From contig OZ242220.1 of the NCBI GenBank assembly GCA_965206745.1, positions 1,568,001-1,632,000 of the forward strand: a stretch of DNA of 64,000 bases, given 5' to 3'. Origin of the DNA: Nitrosopumilus sp. (GTDB taxonomy: Archaea > Thermoproteota > Nitrososphaeria > Nitrososphaerales > Nitrosopumilaceae). Both the position numbers and the translations under genes were made by a program. This document shows, piece after piece, positions 12,001 through 18,518 of this stretch (positions are counted from its first letter, which is position 1; the number at the start of each line of letters is the position of its first letter). The notes under the pieces were generated by a model, which saw only the letters and a list, made by a program, of their open reading frames with translations, had not been told where the DNA came from and did no database searches.

Positions 12001-13960
12001 TCTTTACTATCAGTGTGCTCGATATTGGATCAGATTCACCATCGGAATTAGTATACTGCCACTGAAAATTGAGTGTTCTACTAGTTGATGCATCACCGAC
12101 AAAGTTAAAGCCAAACGGAATACCAAATTCACCACTGTCCCCATTCAAACCATCCTCAACATATCCAGGGATGCCACCGCGATCAATTATGGTGTATTGG
12201 ATGCTTCCATCTGATATATCTCCAATATCACTAACTATAGAGGAGAGGCTTGGGATTGGCTCACCCTCAAATATTGAATGTGAGTAATCAGCAAGAACAA
12301 AATCAGCAAATCGATCAGAGCCGGTACGTACTACTGTCATGTCATTTATTTCAAAGTTGACTGTCAGAGGAACGTCGCTTGCTTGTCCATTGGTGTCAGT
12401 TGCAGTAAAATTAAATTGGACTGTAGTACCGCCATCCTCCGAGTCTGGAATCCACACAAATAATCCAGAATCTGGATTAAGCGTTGCATCAGCAGTACCG
12501 GTGGAGTTATCGACGAAACTCCATACTAGAACCTCATTTGCATCATCAGCATCCGTGCCGTTGAGGGTAAATGTTATGATCTCATATTCATCATATGCTT
12601 TGATAAATCTGTCTAAAAGTGGATCTACTACAGGGTGGTTGTTTGCACCATCTGTCTGTCCGGATACTGCCCTTTCTTCAGCTACCAACGGCAATGTTTT
12701 AGTATCCAAGACCACGTTTCCTCCACTGAAACCAGCATCTGTCCTTGCTGCAACTCTGTACGAATATTCCGTATCAGGGTTCAAACCATCAACTTCATAG
12801 AAAGTGCTACTTGTAATATCAAGTAACGATCCTCCTGGAGGAGGGCCATGCGGTGTCGTGGATGTTATTCGGTATAATCCGAGTGCCGAACCGTGAAGGT
12901 CTGGCTGTGTCCATTCTAATCTTAGTGTGGTTTGTCCTATATTTGTCGCAGTTAAATCATCAACTGAGCTTGGCTTTACAGCAGTTGTTGTAATACCGAT
13001 GATGCCACCTAGTGGGCTTGCAGCACCATTATCAGTTATTGTTCTTACTGCAAAGAAATAATCAATGCCAGGGTTCAAACCTGTAACGGTATAGGTGGTC
13101 TCTGACGTTCTGCTAGTATCTACAACTGTACCGTCTGATAGAGTAGATACGACTTCATAAGCATCAAGGGTTTGACCGTGTAGTTCTGGCACAGTCCATG
13201 AAAGGGTCAGTCCAGTGTTTGTAATAGCAGTGGCTGCCAAATCATCAATTGGATCAGCTGTTACCAGGGATGCTGTGCTAGTTCTGAGGAGATTACTTGG
13301 TAGACTTTTACCGCCAGTAGTTACTGTTTGTACTGCAAAGACATAAGCAGTATCAGGGTCCAAATTTTGAACAGTAAGTTCGGTGGCTGACGTTCTGTGA
13401 ACAAGCGTACCCTGTATGATTTCATAAGTGTTCAAGGTTCCACCGTTCAGGTTTGGTTGTGTCCACGATAAGGTTAATGAATTGCTTGTAACATCAGAGA
13501 CGGATAAATCAGTAATTGGTTCAGATGGTACACCGACAGTAATATCTGGCAGTGGCAGTGGAGGGTTAACAATCCTAAGTTTCACCTCTGGGAATCCTGA
13601 TGTGAGATGATTAGAATCAAGCTTCTCCACTATGTCGAATTCTAGCACATACGACCCAGTGTCAAAACCCGTAGGATCCCAAGCCAGAACACCATTATCG
13701 TCAATGGTTATTGTGAAACCATCATCATAAAAAAAAAGAGAACCATCATCATTATCGAGTAGCCGATAAGGCGACCATAAATAATCAGAGGCGGTACCGC
13801 TACCGGCAAATTCTAACTGATGTGTGGTGGTTCCACCTAGTACGAACTCGAGGGGTTCATCGGGAGTGGTATAACTATGGTCAGCAAACGCAGAAGGAGC
13901 CACAACGACAAGCGAAAATACAACAAATAGTGCAAAAAGCAACACCAATGCATTGTTCAT
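1..13960 (-). CDS. Giant secreted surface/adhesin protein (>4650 aa, 3' end outside window): signal peptide, 3 fibronectin type III domains, many Ig/cadherin-like (He_PIG-type) domains
   Basis: ATG at 13958-13960 gives MNNALVLLFALFVVFSLVVVAPSAFA-DH (signal peptide), then FN3 motifs (PITDLSVSDVTSNSLTLSWTQP...YEI...LDPDTAYVFAVQTV) and Ig-like motifs (ATLNPDSGLFVWIP...FNFTATD). The same frame is still open at position 2. The ORF track lists no long minus-strand ORF here, as expected if the frame has no stop inside the window. Confidence 0.9.
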   Translation of the reverse strand, partial: MNNALVLLFALFVVFSLVVVAPSAFADHSYTTPDEPLEFVLGGTTTHQLEFAGSGTASDYLWSPYRLLDNDDGSLFFYDDGFTITIDDNGVLAWDPTGFDTGSYVLEFDIVEKLDSNHLTSGFPEVKLRIVNPPLPLPDITVGVPSEPITDLSVSDVTSNSLTLSWTQPNLNGGTLNTYEIIQGTLVHRTSATELTVQNLDPDTAYVFAVQTVTTGGKSLPSNLLRTSTASLVTADPIDDLAATAITNTGLTLSWTVPELHGQTLDAYEVVSTLSDGTVVDTSRTSETTYTVTGLNPGIDYFFAVRTITDNGAASPLGGIIGITTTAVKPSSVDDLTATNIGQTTLRLEWTQPDLHGSALGLYRITSTTPHGPPPGGSLLDITSSTFYEVDGLNPDTEYSYRVAARTDAGFSGGNVVLDTKTLPLVAEERAVSGQTDGANNHPVVDPLLDRFIKAYDEYEIITFTLNGTDADDANEVLVWSFVDNSTGTADATLNPDSGLFVWIPDSEDGGTTVQFNFTATDTNGQASDVPLTVNFEINDMTVVRTGSDRFADFVLADYSHSIFEGEPIPSLSSIVSDIGDISDGSIQYTIIDRGGIPGYVEDGLNGDSGEFGIPFGFNFVGDASTSRTLNFQWQYTNSDGESDPISSTLIVKNNPQRPSLNFEVSEGGPFIDLSLFTPLSGSPNIRSVTITEGSTQNSFNLLQYLTGSLVPSDGSFNFDQLPRGTNGIAFPVNPAGDTSLIPPVIVNSADDRIVFDLEWQIFDIGAQMIGQYTDTITINNLDVVPTVTVPSDAPSTVISSSIPECTSLCTTDSTITIEVVGTDGDGSFIVSYEVDPRPGNAAIDPTTGVFTWAPSPDDIGLHEFTFTVTDSAGQTATAPHSIFVTLPPFDTSMSHILAEGFEIPPLSQAFSESSLADVTFRIVSGEVTRGNTLGNFNLTQYLIDSLYTNNGTFRNFANLERDPLINPELFVNAIPFDVVESGIDDRGIRNTVEYGYIWSYTIDGIETEVSSRLSIADAPAPPTITVPSNAPMTVIVDSPITIDVDASDIDGGTLEYSVDRTPGNAAIDPTTGVFTWTPDSTQSPGPLEFTFTVTDNTDNTDSVTHEITVVDVTPFVHTVSEGQPLTDLSSVFSHSVSGLTYRIISGEVTTGNLEGSFNLTQYLIDSLSTSDGSFSLAALPDGTVGIPFNILSDAGTGSLVYEFVWGYTIDGIETEQTAILTISDTPVGPTATVPTVTVPSDALSEINIGSMVTITLRGTGDTLAYDVDPKPSNAAIDSSGVFTWTPTAMDIGLHEFTFTVTDSSSTTAMAPHSIFVTIPPSSLDSTVSEGDSLTDLSSVFSFVPSDLTFRIVSGEVTTGTLRGDFNLTRYLQDSLYTNNGTFRNFAYLGSDAVNLIIPELLVNAVPSDVIESGAPNVVYDYTWSYTIDGIETEQTARLTISDTPNDPTITLLSPATIQVTNGTAVSVRLIASDPDDNEVLTFSVDPDTALGASIDSDGIFRWTPTEDHIRVHDFTFTVTDSTGRTGTTTLEITVVNSITLPDINPYNRDVNEGSTIPPLSLEVDHSGALPSGIRYDIMAPEPGRINRTAYLPQTIINSLDHSTGEFGVTFPFDTTDPGSNGQAYAFTWTYQDDNNDLVQFGAHLLVRDRPDPDASSPTTVTFDPYNVVVFEQREIPSLSSVANLPNDHSPQTDSRYRIVSNGNLPQNILDALYGVPGTDNDFNARDARFNSTDGSFGIGTTSGHSAIQFPFDTTNGDDRVFTFTWRYTDGVTTYGDFDATITVVNTDQPPVIGPINFRTQIDSSEQVRFTLNGTDADDDDDIMWHITNSSVARILGEIGPSALDVNNENPLDITAFDHEIVYPQNTTRLNEMLTDLGVTLGQSSGVFTWTPQAEHVDEIYTFEFAAYTIRQDDPTTVLNETLRYPFGTDLTDNVPDDPVPNDLDTPNIDESLFTVSSASTVSHQFVISEPNTPPTIAVPDDAPAALYDIPALFEPDTLSFDTSLSINLEYSDDDGDPLLEWELLNATLFTFTPNTDPANIRNVTTHHLNVTTTVIDGTTITTTGSTTVIDGSTTLIDGTTATINGKTIAKDGSTVTIDGTIITLDGTTVAINGATATPSITTTTTRDDIARTTTTVTTTTTVINGITTNTVSTTITEERMRNFIITYDDRTAALQSNLNPDNGTFRWTPNDGDAGNGDIAKSMRFQFNATDARGADSNIFYDLPIFSSSEILPTFDSYDEDIIEGNQTVFFSSLVTPPTLIPTGDDYTPRSADEVLNPDGPPVQNPIFLLSESGFDRIDNVTSYADLFDVSYELVDIGGLPPSFAARFNPTIGSFLVPHDTVPLGGNPVDYTFTWRHISANATSVPLTATLTVHDSGLPEIRLYNEVTSEGALIPSFFNPADPLIRYNPPLNSDPDILLEEIRDLNVDIQILPDFTLPNPAIPLPPNTRVLPDYIIDSLNSSNGYFDTTVSFPYDLIGDADADGDGDVDENDVITYLFAWTYEDDNTRGSLDPNEPLVNYTGRLIVRNGNEPPVIEPSNTFTDACLQIIDDQIVFIKRTEETVNGEIVITFSTVERSDLTLVDSVCETVEDIPEIVEGIPTQVIAGDHFINEVTPIEPITFTLTASDPDGSDSDLSWRISNTTEVIANIGEGRPSTNPANDPAIVTAHNLDLEIVRHDDDYLGATLDPTIGATTTFTWTPTIDMIDRTFIFEFELNDLPGLLPGFGTRDTNGDLIPGSTIRGVTGTDFVSYVFNILERNDPPIIEPLSSDTTRLIELSETFVGQPIQLDLVANDPEDRGVTWSLDYVVTTFTEGLIEKTVFTLDDNGTPGDTSDDRNVPARHPNGTIITEQVLGAIPTIRNDIPVDAVIAPDTGVFTWTPGSEHSNALVDFTFTATDSDLLSSTLSHALTVFDPVFTIYDMAVVEGQIVPSLGEAVSYPFGLEPTSFDLRFEIRSGGTLPDHIRNSLYANNGSFGNIDTNVLGGSLANTFPVTTIADNTKGDFTIVTTRDEFGRNNTVAVFDTPKEIEIFDFTFRYHIGDTFYDRPSQVRVSNDDGSVFAHPDDPEYVGPNPRLPEFGEYRATVFESDVDEVVFLVTLPDGTLFTDSTGRIIMLRDGTYITYPPNTPFTDSDGRFIPHPDSVIVDPQSFSLDGTVLPYVRAPDGGIISAIPPLSDAVTNRPENPIPTGVQYRILPPVELTREQQAVLDSDPTAFAIIANLTRDDRSDVIDGLDDTGHFAVPFPLDTVDPPGPGETVRDAAKVFFFIWEYSDEHGGVSRGQPAFITVLHRNERPVIDIPTETLTEERLTQLIEALNLVTSTFDLRFNEPGTRVNPDTGRVRPAPSILLDNPTFVVGEDLTSIQLEPSTVTLPDGTVKSFSYIPGNFSAGETVSFTLEGFDPDNNADLEWSVETNVTSFIDDANIGNDGIDNVNARWFSTVDDVGARIDQNSGVFTWMPGPEHVQRTMPVDNGLFEHRNAAITFTFYLSEPRNIPAGVDPEADCTLSPPDTTDTLPPASTSRQCPDGGARSEPVSVAFVIPNRAPVIDTVSSVSITRDVLVCPALQDEERDPSGVCTTETVSNDPALITQDVLVCPTLQNGDRDPSGVCTTETVSSDNISVTRNILVCETLENGARDPRGECETKAVSITQDVLVCPTLENGDRDPSSVCTTETVSVPRDVLTCPTLENGDRDPSGVCTTEIGTFVEGPTKIQVIGPDVLPDMLNANELVAFTLSGSDLDGHTLTWSVTSDPPTDGTIDADSGRFSWTPTQADINNGVRFEFLLTDQYGVESDPVYHEFTTPNRAPTIDPISDTVNTEPRVGELVAFTLRGSDPDGDELTWRIGDIRSATQLAEKSVLLIQPPSAPGDSAVIITNPTPRDIGGFFLSAAEKESLYQYILSYNADSALYNGRGIDQVVYAAGTTITLPDNSDIIIRLAGVFASLGVDDSGATFDEGTQAFSWTPRLQDHDTILQFKFGVTDSRTYSDDPSRIQNFTSSIFTTISQNFTVPHLIKLPSAFEDSDRTKSVDEPFRFVFEPIVADPTGFKFGLLTNSCDQVGASGIDADNGTFRWTPAPTDGGAICQVAISLTAPSTDPNDPETSFVATRIFALFVNPHIPFSPYELTVSEGADLPSLSRAAADVGDDLYVYDIIGGNLPTYITDSFDTASGDFSATFRHDTTNPEGSKTNPVGPKTYTFTYTVGNPGIVYVLDENGDIISDILLDEDNPVLDEEGNPVLDEDNPVLDEEGNPVLDEEGNPVLNPVLNPVLDEEGNPVTRLRTAFTTDLPDRTCQTFDTRSGLCDNIESPSDVPRQLPGVRAPEISTQSGIITVIDSDDDLVTGTNDLAILLPDPFRFTLERQANVGDPFNFTFTPVNTITRDAQWFLENDDCNIDTANILGGKFSWIPTVEDEGKICHITLVLYDDLSVDTSVLRACVDPNDRVRESCEIIQNTTDTRAVLAEQRCNGASYDSSESCKIRVDAVLSEPICRDVSFKTVEICTDVIEGTLIDGVPQSPYTIREQCVTIEESFADQCQDQIVGSPEFTERSRNIAVDFNIMVPPTDSAAQTNPLVLGVTNVAGDGLLHLPLSAEELPPGLPAFNTARAMGPDDNPVLVRDILLNVVEFQFEACEPSSATLCPPRNYDSSNGEFNIQLVP
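1141..1345 (-). repeat. In-frame tandem repeats encoding (PVLDEEGN / PVLDEDN / PVLN)n inside the giant protein
   Basis: Repeated agtactggattaccttcttcatct units of 24, 21 and 12 bp, all multiples of 3. Confidence 0.9.
2850..3320 (-). repeat. Five Cys-pair peptide repeats (DVLVCPTLENGDRDPSGVCTTETVS) inside the giant protein
   Basis: Repeated tgtacatacaccgctggggtcacggtctccgttt...ggacagacaaggacatc units. Confidence 0.9.
7490..7830 (-). repeat. Thr-rich low-complexity segment with (T/V)IDG(T/S)T repeats inside the giant protein
   Basis: Translates to TTTVIDGTTITTTGSTTVIDGSTTLIDGTTATINGKTIAKDGSTVTIDGTII... Confidence 0.8.
9400..11620 (-). repeat. Three to four internally duplicated Ig-like modules of roughly 650-700 bp
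   Basis: Near-identical stretches recur, e.g. gcaaagtttctaaacgtaccattgtttgtatacagggaatct at ~9800 and ~11090, and tctgtctctattccatcaatcgtataac at ~9660, ~10315 and ~10935. Confidence 0.8.
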
Positions 13961-13980
13961 ACAATTAACGCAATGTATCT

Positions 13981-13990
13981 CTATATAAGC
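13981..13990 (-). promoter_or_regulatory. Archaeal TATA box upstream of the giant gene (probably leaderless transcript)
   Basis: GCTTATATAG on the minus strand about 21-30 nt upstream of the ATG. Confidence 0.55.
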
Positions 13991-14904
13991 TATTTGTGAG
14001 AATTACACCCAAAAAACGGTTTAAAAAAATAGGCATACACACCCCAACACTATTTGATCTGTACATCATGCCTAAAATCAGAAAAATCAAGACACCCATG
14101 TCTGAAAATCGCACCACCTCACAAAAAACCCTCTGGGATCCATCCACAATATGGGATCAATCTCCCAAAAAAAGCCACATCTCCCGATCAAAATTGTACA
14201 ATTCCACAAAAAAAGGGGCGTTACAGAATCCCTCCACGCCTATCCCATAAAAGAGACCTGCCTTTGCAAAAAAACCCCTTAATACAGAACCTTCAGCGCA
14301 GGCAGTCACCATACAAAAAAACACAAAAACAGCATTGAAACAAAGAGATCCCTAAACCTCACCCGACACAAGAACCAACACCTACAGTGACAAAATTACA
14401 CAACAGACCCATGATGCAGTTTCTGAGACACCAGAGCATAATATTTTAAAAAAATCTCAAAACAGATTCAAGTACAAAAAAACCAAGGGTGACAAATCAC
14501 TCAAGATACCAGAACATTACAAAGCCGGCAAAGAACATCAGAGAACCAAAAGACACCAGAGCAAAAAATACGTGACCTGACAATCCTACCAAACCCGGCA
14601 GCAGTGAGACTACTCACCTGACAGGCAGGCCGGTGTGGGAAAGGAAGAATTTTTCCAGACGCAACATACCGCAGATTACCACTGCGTCCGCACAGCTATA
14701 TCACTTGCAACATCGTAAAAAGGATGGGGCAAAAGCAGGATTTCTCGACATGGATGATGAAGATTGCCTGCACACCGCGATGAAATTTGTTAACATTCTG
14801 GCACATGCCGGAGATCCGGTGACGACATCGACTATTCACGGACAGGACAAACAACATGAAAAGAGTTCGGCGTTTGGAGAGAGACCTTGCGAGGTATAAA
14901 AAAT

Positions 14905-15639
14905 ATGAACAGAAAAACTCAAAGCAAAAAGATCCAAAAAACCACAATTCATACAGTACGAAACTACCTTGAGCAGATGCTTGAGACCCGGGGCAAAAGA
15001 TGCAACATAAGATACGTCACAGCAGACTCTAAAACAGCATTCAGGCTGCAGGACGGATTCGTAGGTACCATGCACAAAGACAGGCTCTCATTTTGGAGCA
15101 GGCCCATCAAAAGACTCGGACACAAAAAGCCGCAGAACACCAAAAGGATACGTGTCAATTCCATCCGGATCCAAGAGGCCACCTGCTGCAAAAAATGTCA
15201 CACATGGAGGAGTCCGGCAGCGATAAGCAGGTGCAGCTGCGGAGGATACCTTGTCCCAAGAAAGAGGTTTCACACCGGAACACTAGAGTCCTGGGATGCA
15301 GAGTATCTCGAGGTCCGGTCGGCACAGAGGGATGCTAAAATGGCAAGGAGAATAGAGGGCACCCCAAGAAAGCAGAGATATTCCCCAAGGGGAATATCAG
15401 GCATGCTTGCAGGAATCTCATCAGAGCAGACAGAAACAGACTGCACCGGAGTGGCCCTTGTGCCAAGGGGCAACAGGATAGTGAAGGTCCCAGAAAAAGA
15501 GGATGTAAAGAGATGCAGCCTCTTCTTCAAGGCTACAATGTATCGCAAAGGCAGGAGACTTGCAGCAGCAGAGATACGGGAGATTCTCAGTCCTGACCAA
15601 GGGAGGACAGATCAGATGCAGGGACTCATCCCCAGGTGA
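14905..15639 (+). CDS. Hypothetical basic protein with CxxC...CxC zinc ribbon
   Basis: Open frame of about 244 aa from ATG 14905; CCKKCH...CSCGG; no family recognised. Confidence 0.45.
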   Translation: MNRKTQSKKIQKTTIHTVRNYLEQMLETRGKRCNIRYVTADSKTAFRLQDGFVGTMHKDRLSFWSRPIKRLGHKKPQNTKRIRVNSIRIQEATCCKKCHTWRSPAAISRCSCGGYLVPRKRFHTGTLESWDAEYLEVRSAQRDAKMARRIEGTPRKQRYSPRGISGMLAGISSEQTETDCTGVALVPRGNRIVKVPEKEDVKRCSLFFKATMYRKGRRLAAAEIREILSPDQGRTDQMQGLIPR

Positions 15640-16007
15640 TTAATACCAGAAATTCGAGTCCCCAAAACCCTGCAAAGAACCAAGATTTGCCTGAAACCCA
15701 TCAGATATAACAGACCAGCACCGAATACAAGGCAGACCAGGCAAATTTGACTGAGCCCAGGCAATCCAAACCCGCAATACTGCAGCAGTGCAGCCGACTC
15801 AGCGGACGGGTGTGAGATTGACAGATCACAGGATCAAGTTCCCAGCCAGCTGTACAGTGTCATTCAAAGAGTTTCACAGGACAGATGGCAGCAGGGGAAT
15901 CGTACAGCTGGAGACGTTACTACCAGTATCAAGGAGGTTGATGCCCAAATGGCACAACAAAACACAGACACCGCACCGCGTGCGGATTATACAGGGACAG
16001 GACTGTA

Positions 16008-16967
16008 ATGGGATACACCCACTACTATTACGTCTCAGGAGAGTTTGACGCAGAAGCATTTGGCAGGGTGACATCTGATTTTATAAAGATGCTCCCACCG
16101 CTAAGGCACCTCGGCGTGAGACTGGCTGACGGACTGGGCATGGGGGATCCCACCATATCCCAGACTGAGATAAGGTTCAACGGACCAGAAAAATGCGGAC
16201 ACCAAAAGCGGCAGCTTGGGATCACGTGGCCTGCAAAGTCAGCATCAGGGATTGCTAAAAACAGCATCCGGTGTACACTAGAGGAGCTGACAAGCTCGTC
16301 ATGGTTTGCAGGCGCAGAACTACAAAGCAGGGCGTGCGGAGGGGACTGCTCGCATGAGACCTTTGCACTTGAGCAGAAACTTGACACCCTCATGCAGAGA
16401 TACGACGGCAGCACCTACGAACTGCAGGCGCAGGGCAAATACAGGGGATATGCAGACCCTGACGGGACCCACCAGAGGAATCCTGCAGACGAGGTGGGAA
16501 AGTACTTTCAGTGCACAAAGACGGCATACAAGCCCTATGACCTGGCAGTTACGGTATGCCTTGTGATTGCAAAGTACCACCTAAAAGAGTCGATTGTTAT
16601 CCACTCTGATGGCACCATGGAGAACTGGGAAGAGGCAATGCAGCTGTGCCAGCACTTTCTGGGGTACGGCAGGGACTTTTCCCTGGATGAGGACCCTCCA
16701 GATGAGCAGTACATCCTCTACTCTGATCCGGAAAAATCATGGCTGAGGGTGACGTATCAGGAACTGAAATCACTGGGAATAGCAGATGCCATCTCAGGGA
16801 ATAGTCACCGCAAAGAAGAGTACGCATACCTTGCAGGGGACTGCGATGCGAGACTCTTCATTGCAGCAAAGGCCAGGGCAGATGCCTCATTTGATCCGGC
16901 AAGGCACATTACAGGGTCTCACACCGATTCAGAATCTGCAATCAGGGGATACAGGGGATACAGATGA
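16008..16967 (+). CDS. MGE/phage-type hypothetical protein (N-terminal MGYTHY...CxKTAxKPYD...SDG domain fused to a second phage-type domain)
   Basis: Motifs MGYTHY, HETF, FQCTKTAYKPYDLAV, IHSDG; C-terminal SDPEKSWLRV...LGIADAIS...AYLAGDCDARLF; ATGA overlap with the next gene. Confidence 0.7.
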   Translation: MGYTHYYYVSGEFDAEAFGRVTSDFIKMLPPLRHLGVRLADGLGMGDPTISQTEIRFNGPEKCGHQKRQLGITWPAKSASGIAKNSIRCTLEELTSSSWFAGAELQSRACGGDCSHETFALEQKLDTLMQRYDGSTYELQAQGKYRGYADPDGTHQRNPADEVGKYFQCTKTAYKPYDLAVTVCLVIAKYHLKESIVIHSDGTMENWEEAMQLCQHFLGYGRDFSLDEDPPDEQYILYSDPEKSWLRVTYQELKSLGIADAISGNSHRKEEYAYLAGDCDARLFIAAKARADASFDPARHITGSHTDSESAIRGYRGYR

Positions 16968-17755
16968 ACTCCAAAAAGGCAGAGGAGGTTCTAAGGGGAG
17001 TAATACGCCTCTTCTCAGAGAAGCAGTTCCCAGAGACGTGCGCCAAGGCATTCATTGCAGCCCCGGAGGTGCCCTCGTCATCCTGGTCGCTTGGAAACCA
17101 GATACTGATGCTCTCATCTGGAACATCAGATGCTCGGGGGTACCGCCAGTGGAATAAGGTGTACAGGAACGTCAGGAGGGGTGCCAAGGCAGTCTACATC
17201 CTGGTTCCAATGAGAAGGAGAACAACGGATGAAAAGACAGGGGAAGAAAAGACGATAACTGTCGGGTTTGGCGCAGTGCCTGTATTCCGCTACGAGGACA
17301 CAGAGGGAATGCCACTTGAGCAGTACCGGCCCAAGAGGCTTCCCCCGCTGTTTGGACTTGCAGAGAGAAACGGCATCAGCGTGCAGTGGGCAAACTCGCG
17401 CCACGGGGAGTACGGCTCTATAGACCTTGCAGGGGATGCGATAACCCTCTCAACGGAGTCCGCTGACACGTACCTGCACGAGCTGGTACACTGGTATGAC
17501 AACAAAAACCAAAAGCTAAAGGCAGGACAGGATTCCAAGCAGGAGACGGTGGCGCAGCTCGGCGCATGCGTCCTTGCCAGCATGTACGGGCATGACGCAA
17601 GGGAATACACGTGGAGTTATATCTCCTCGTACTCTGGCACGGACTCGCCTCAAAAGATAGGACAGACGTGCATGAGGGTCCTCTCAAGGGTGCAAAAGGT
17701 GATCAATGCAATCATTGCAGATGCCCAGGAACTGGAGGGGCAAAATGCGACATGA
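16964..17755 (+). CDS. ardC: ArdC-family antirestriction protein (ssDNA-binding N-domain plus zincin-like HExxH domain)
   Basis: WSLGNQIL...RGYRQWNKVYRNVRRGAKAVYILVP...VPVFRYEDTEG, then LHELVH and ETVAQLGA...SYISSY. Confidence 0.8.
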   Translation: MNSKKAEEVLRGVIRLFSEKQFPETCAKAFIAAPEVPSSSWSLGNQILMLSSGTSDARGYRQWNKVYRNVRRGAKAVYILVPMRRRTTDEKTGEEKTITVGFGAVPVFRYEDTEGMPLEQYRPKRLPPLFGLAERNGISVQWANSRHGEYGSIDLAGDAITLSTESADTYLHELVHWYDNKNQKLKAGQDSKQETVAQLGACVLASMYGHDAREYTWSYISSYSGTDSPQKIGQTCMRVLSRVQKVINAIIADAQELEGQNAT

Positions 17756-17864
17756 CTGCGGCAACTGCCGGCATGACAGGCACATGCACATACTTGGCAT
17801 CGGCGGGTGCCTGCAAAAGGGGTTCGAGGGCAGATACTGCAGGTGCGAGAAATTTGAGGCATGA
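17745..17864 (+). CDS. Small Cys/His zinc-finger protein (39 aa, not in ORF track)
   Basis: MRHDCGNCRHDRHMHILGIGGCLQKGFEGRYCRCEKFEA; overlaps the ardC stop and has an ATGA overlap with the next ORF. Confidence 0.6.
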   Translation: MRHDCGNCRHDRHMHILGIGGCLQKGFEGRYCRCEKFEA

Positions 17865-18064
17865 TGTGTATCAGGACAGATGGTGCAGGATGGCCGGGCA
17901 TCTCACATGTCATCAGGGGATATCTGCGCTTTCTGCAGAATCATTCCTTGGGAACCATGACGTCTCATCTGGATCTGTCCCCGGTATCAGAATGGTACAG
18001 CAGGGCATGTCACCTCATATGGTTGATGCCGATGGTGCGACACGATACAGATGAATGCAGATGA
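17861..18064 (+). CDS. Hypothetical protein (67 aa)
   Basis: Overlaps both neighbouring ORFs, consistent with an operon; no motif recognised. Confidence 0.35.
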   Translation: MMCIRTDGAGWPGISHVIRGYLRFLQNHSLGTMTSHLDLSPVSEWYSRACHLIWLMPMVRHDTDECR

Positions 18065-18467
18065 CCGAGGGGATATTCCCCGTCTAGGCCAGACAGACGG
18101 AGTCCCCTTTGATGAGAAGACAATCCACCAGATATGGACAATCCCGTCTGTCGGATTCATCTGGTGTGTTGCAGAACTGGACCATGAAACCGGCAGGGCA
18201 TTTGGGTATGCCAACCTGGGTGATGACCAGATGGCAGAGTGGGGGTATATTGACACAGGCGAGATCAGGGAATGCGGGGCAGAGAGGGTACCTGCAGACC
18301 CCATGCCATTTGGAAAGGTACGGAGAATAGTCAGACCAAGCGATGGGTGCCCCAGATGCGGATCCTGGCAGTACGGATTCCAGAGTATGACAGAGTCCGA
18401 GAATACACCAAGGTCGTGGGTCTGCAGAAACTGCCGACACACTCCACTGAAGGACACCGGATCCTAG
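18051..18467 (+). CDS. DUF2958-like protein with C-terminal zinc ribbon
   Basis: FIWCVAELDHETGRAFGYANLGDDQMAEWGYIDTGEI resembles the DUF2958 pattern (W..E.D....FG...LG....E.GY); CPRCGS...WVCRNC. Confidence 0.7.
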   Translation: MNADDRGDIPRLGQTDGVPFDEKTIHQIWTIPSVGFIWCVAELDHETGRAFGYANLGDDQMAEWGYIDTGEIRECGAERVPADPMPFGKVRRIVRPSDGCPRCGSWQYGFQSMTESENTPRSWVCRNCRHTPLKDTGS

Positions 18468-18485
18468 ATCAACCATTCAGAGATC

Positions 18486-18518
18486 AGAGTCGGGGGATCA
18501 TGACCCCCGGCTGACTCT
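18486..18518 (+). terminator. GC-rich hairpin after the ardC cluster
   Basis: agagtcgggggatcatgacccccggctgactct, an imperfect inverted repeat 18 nt after the stop. Confidence 0.4.

Noticed and set aside
508-13610. Dozens of plus-strand ORFs (Ser/Val/Thr-rich) in the track
   Set aside because: Antisense shadows of the giant minus-strand gene; no independent motifs.
14271-14291. aaaaccccttaatacagaacc resembling the IS6 right TIR
   Set aside because: Short gapped match, with no subterminal repeats and no partner end or TSD found.
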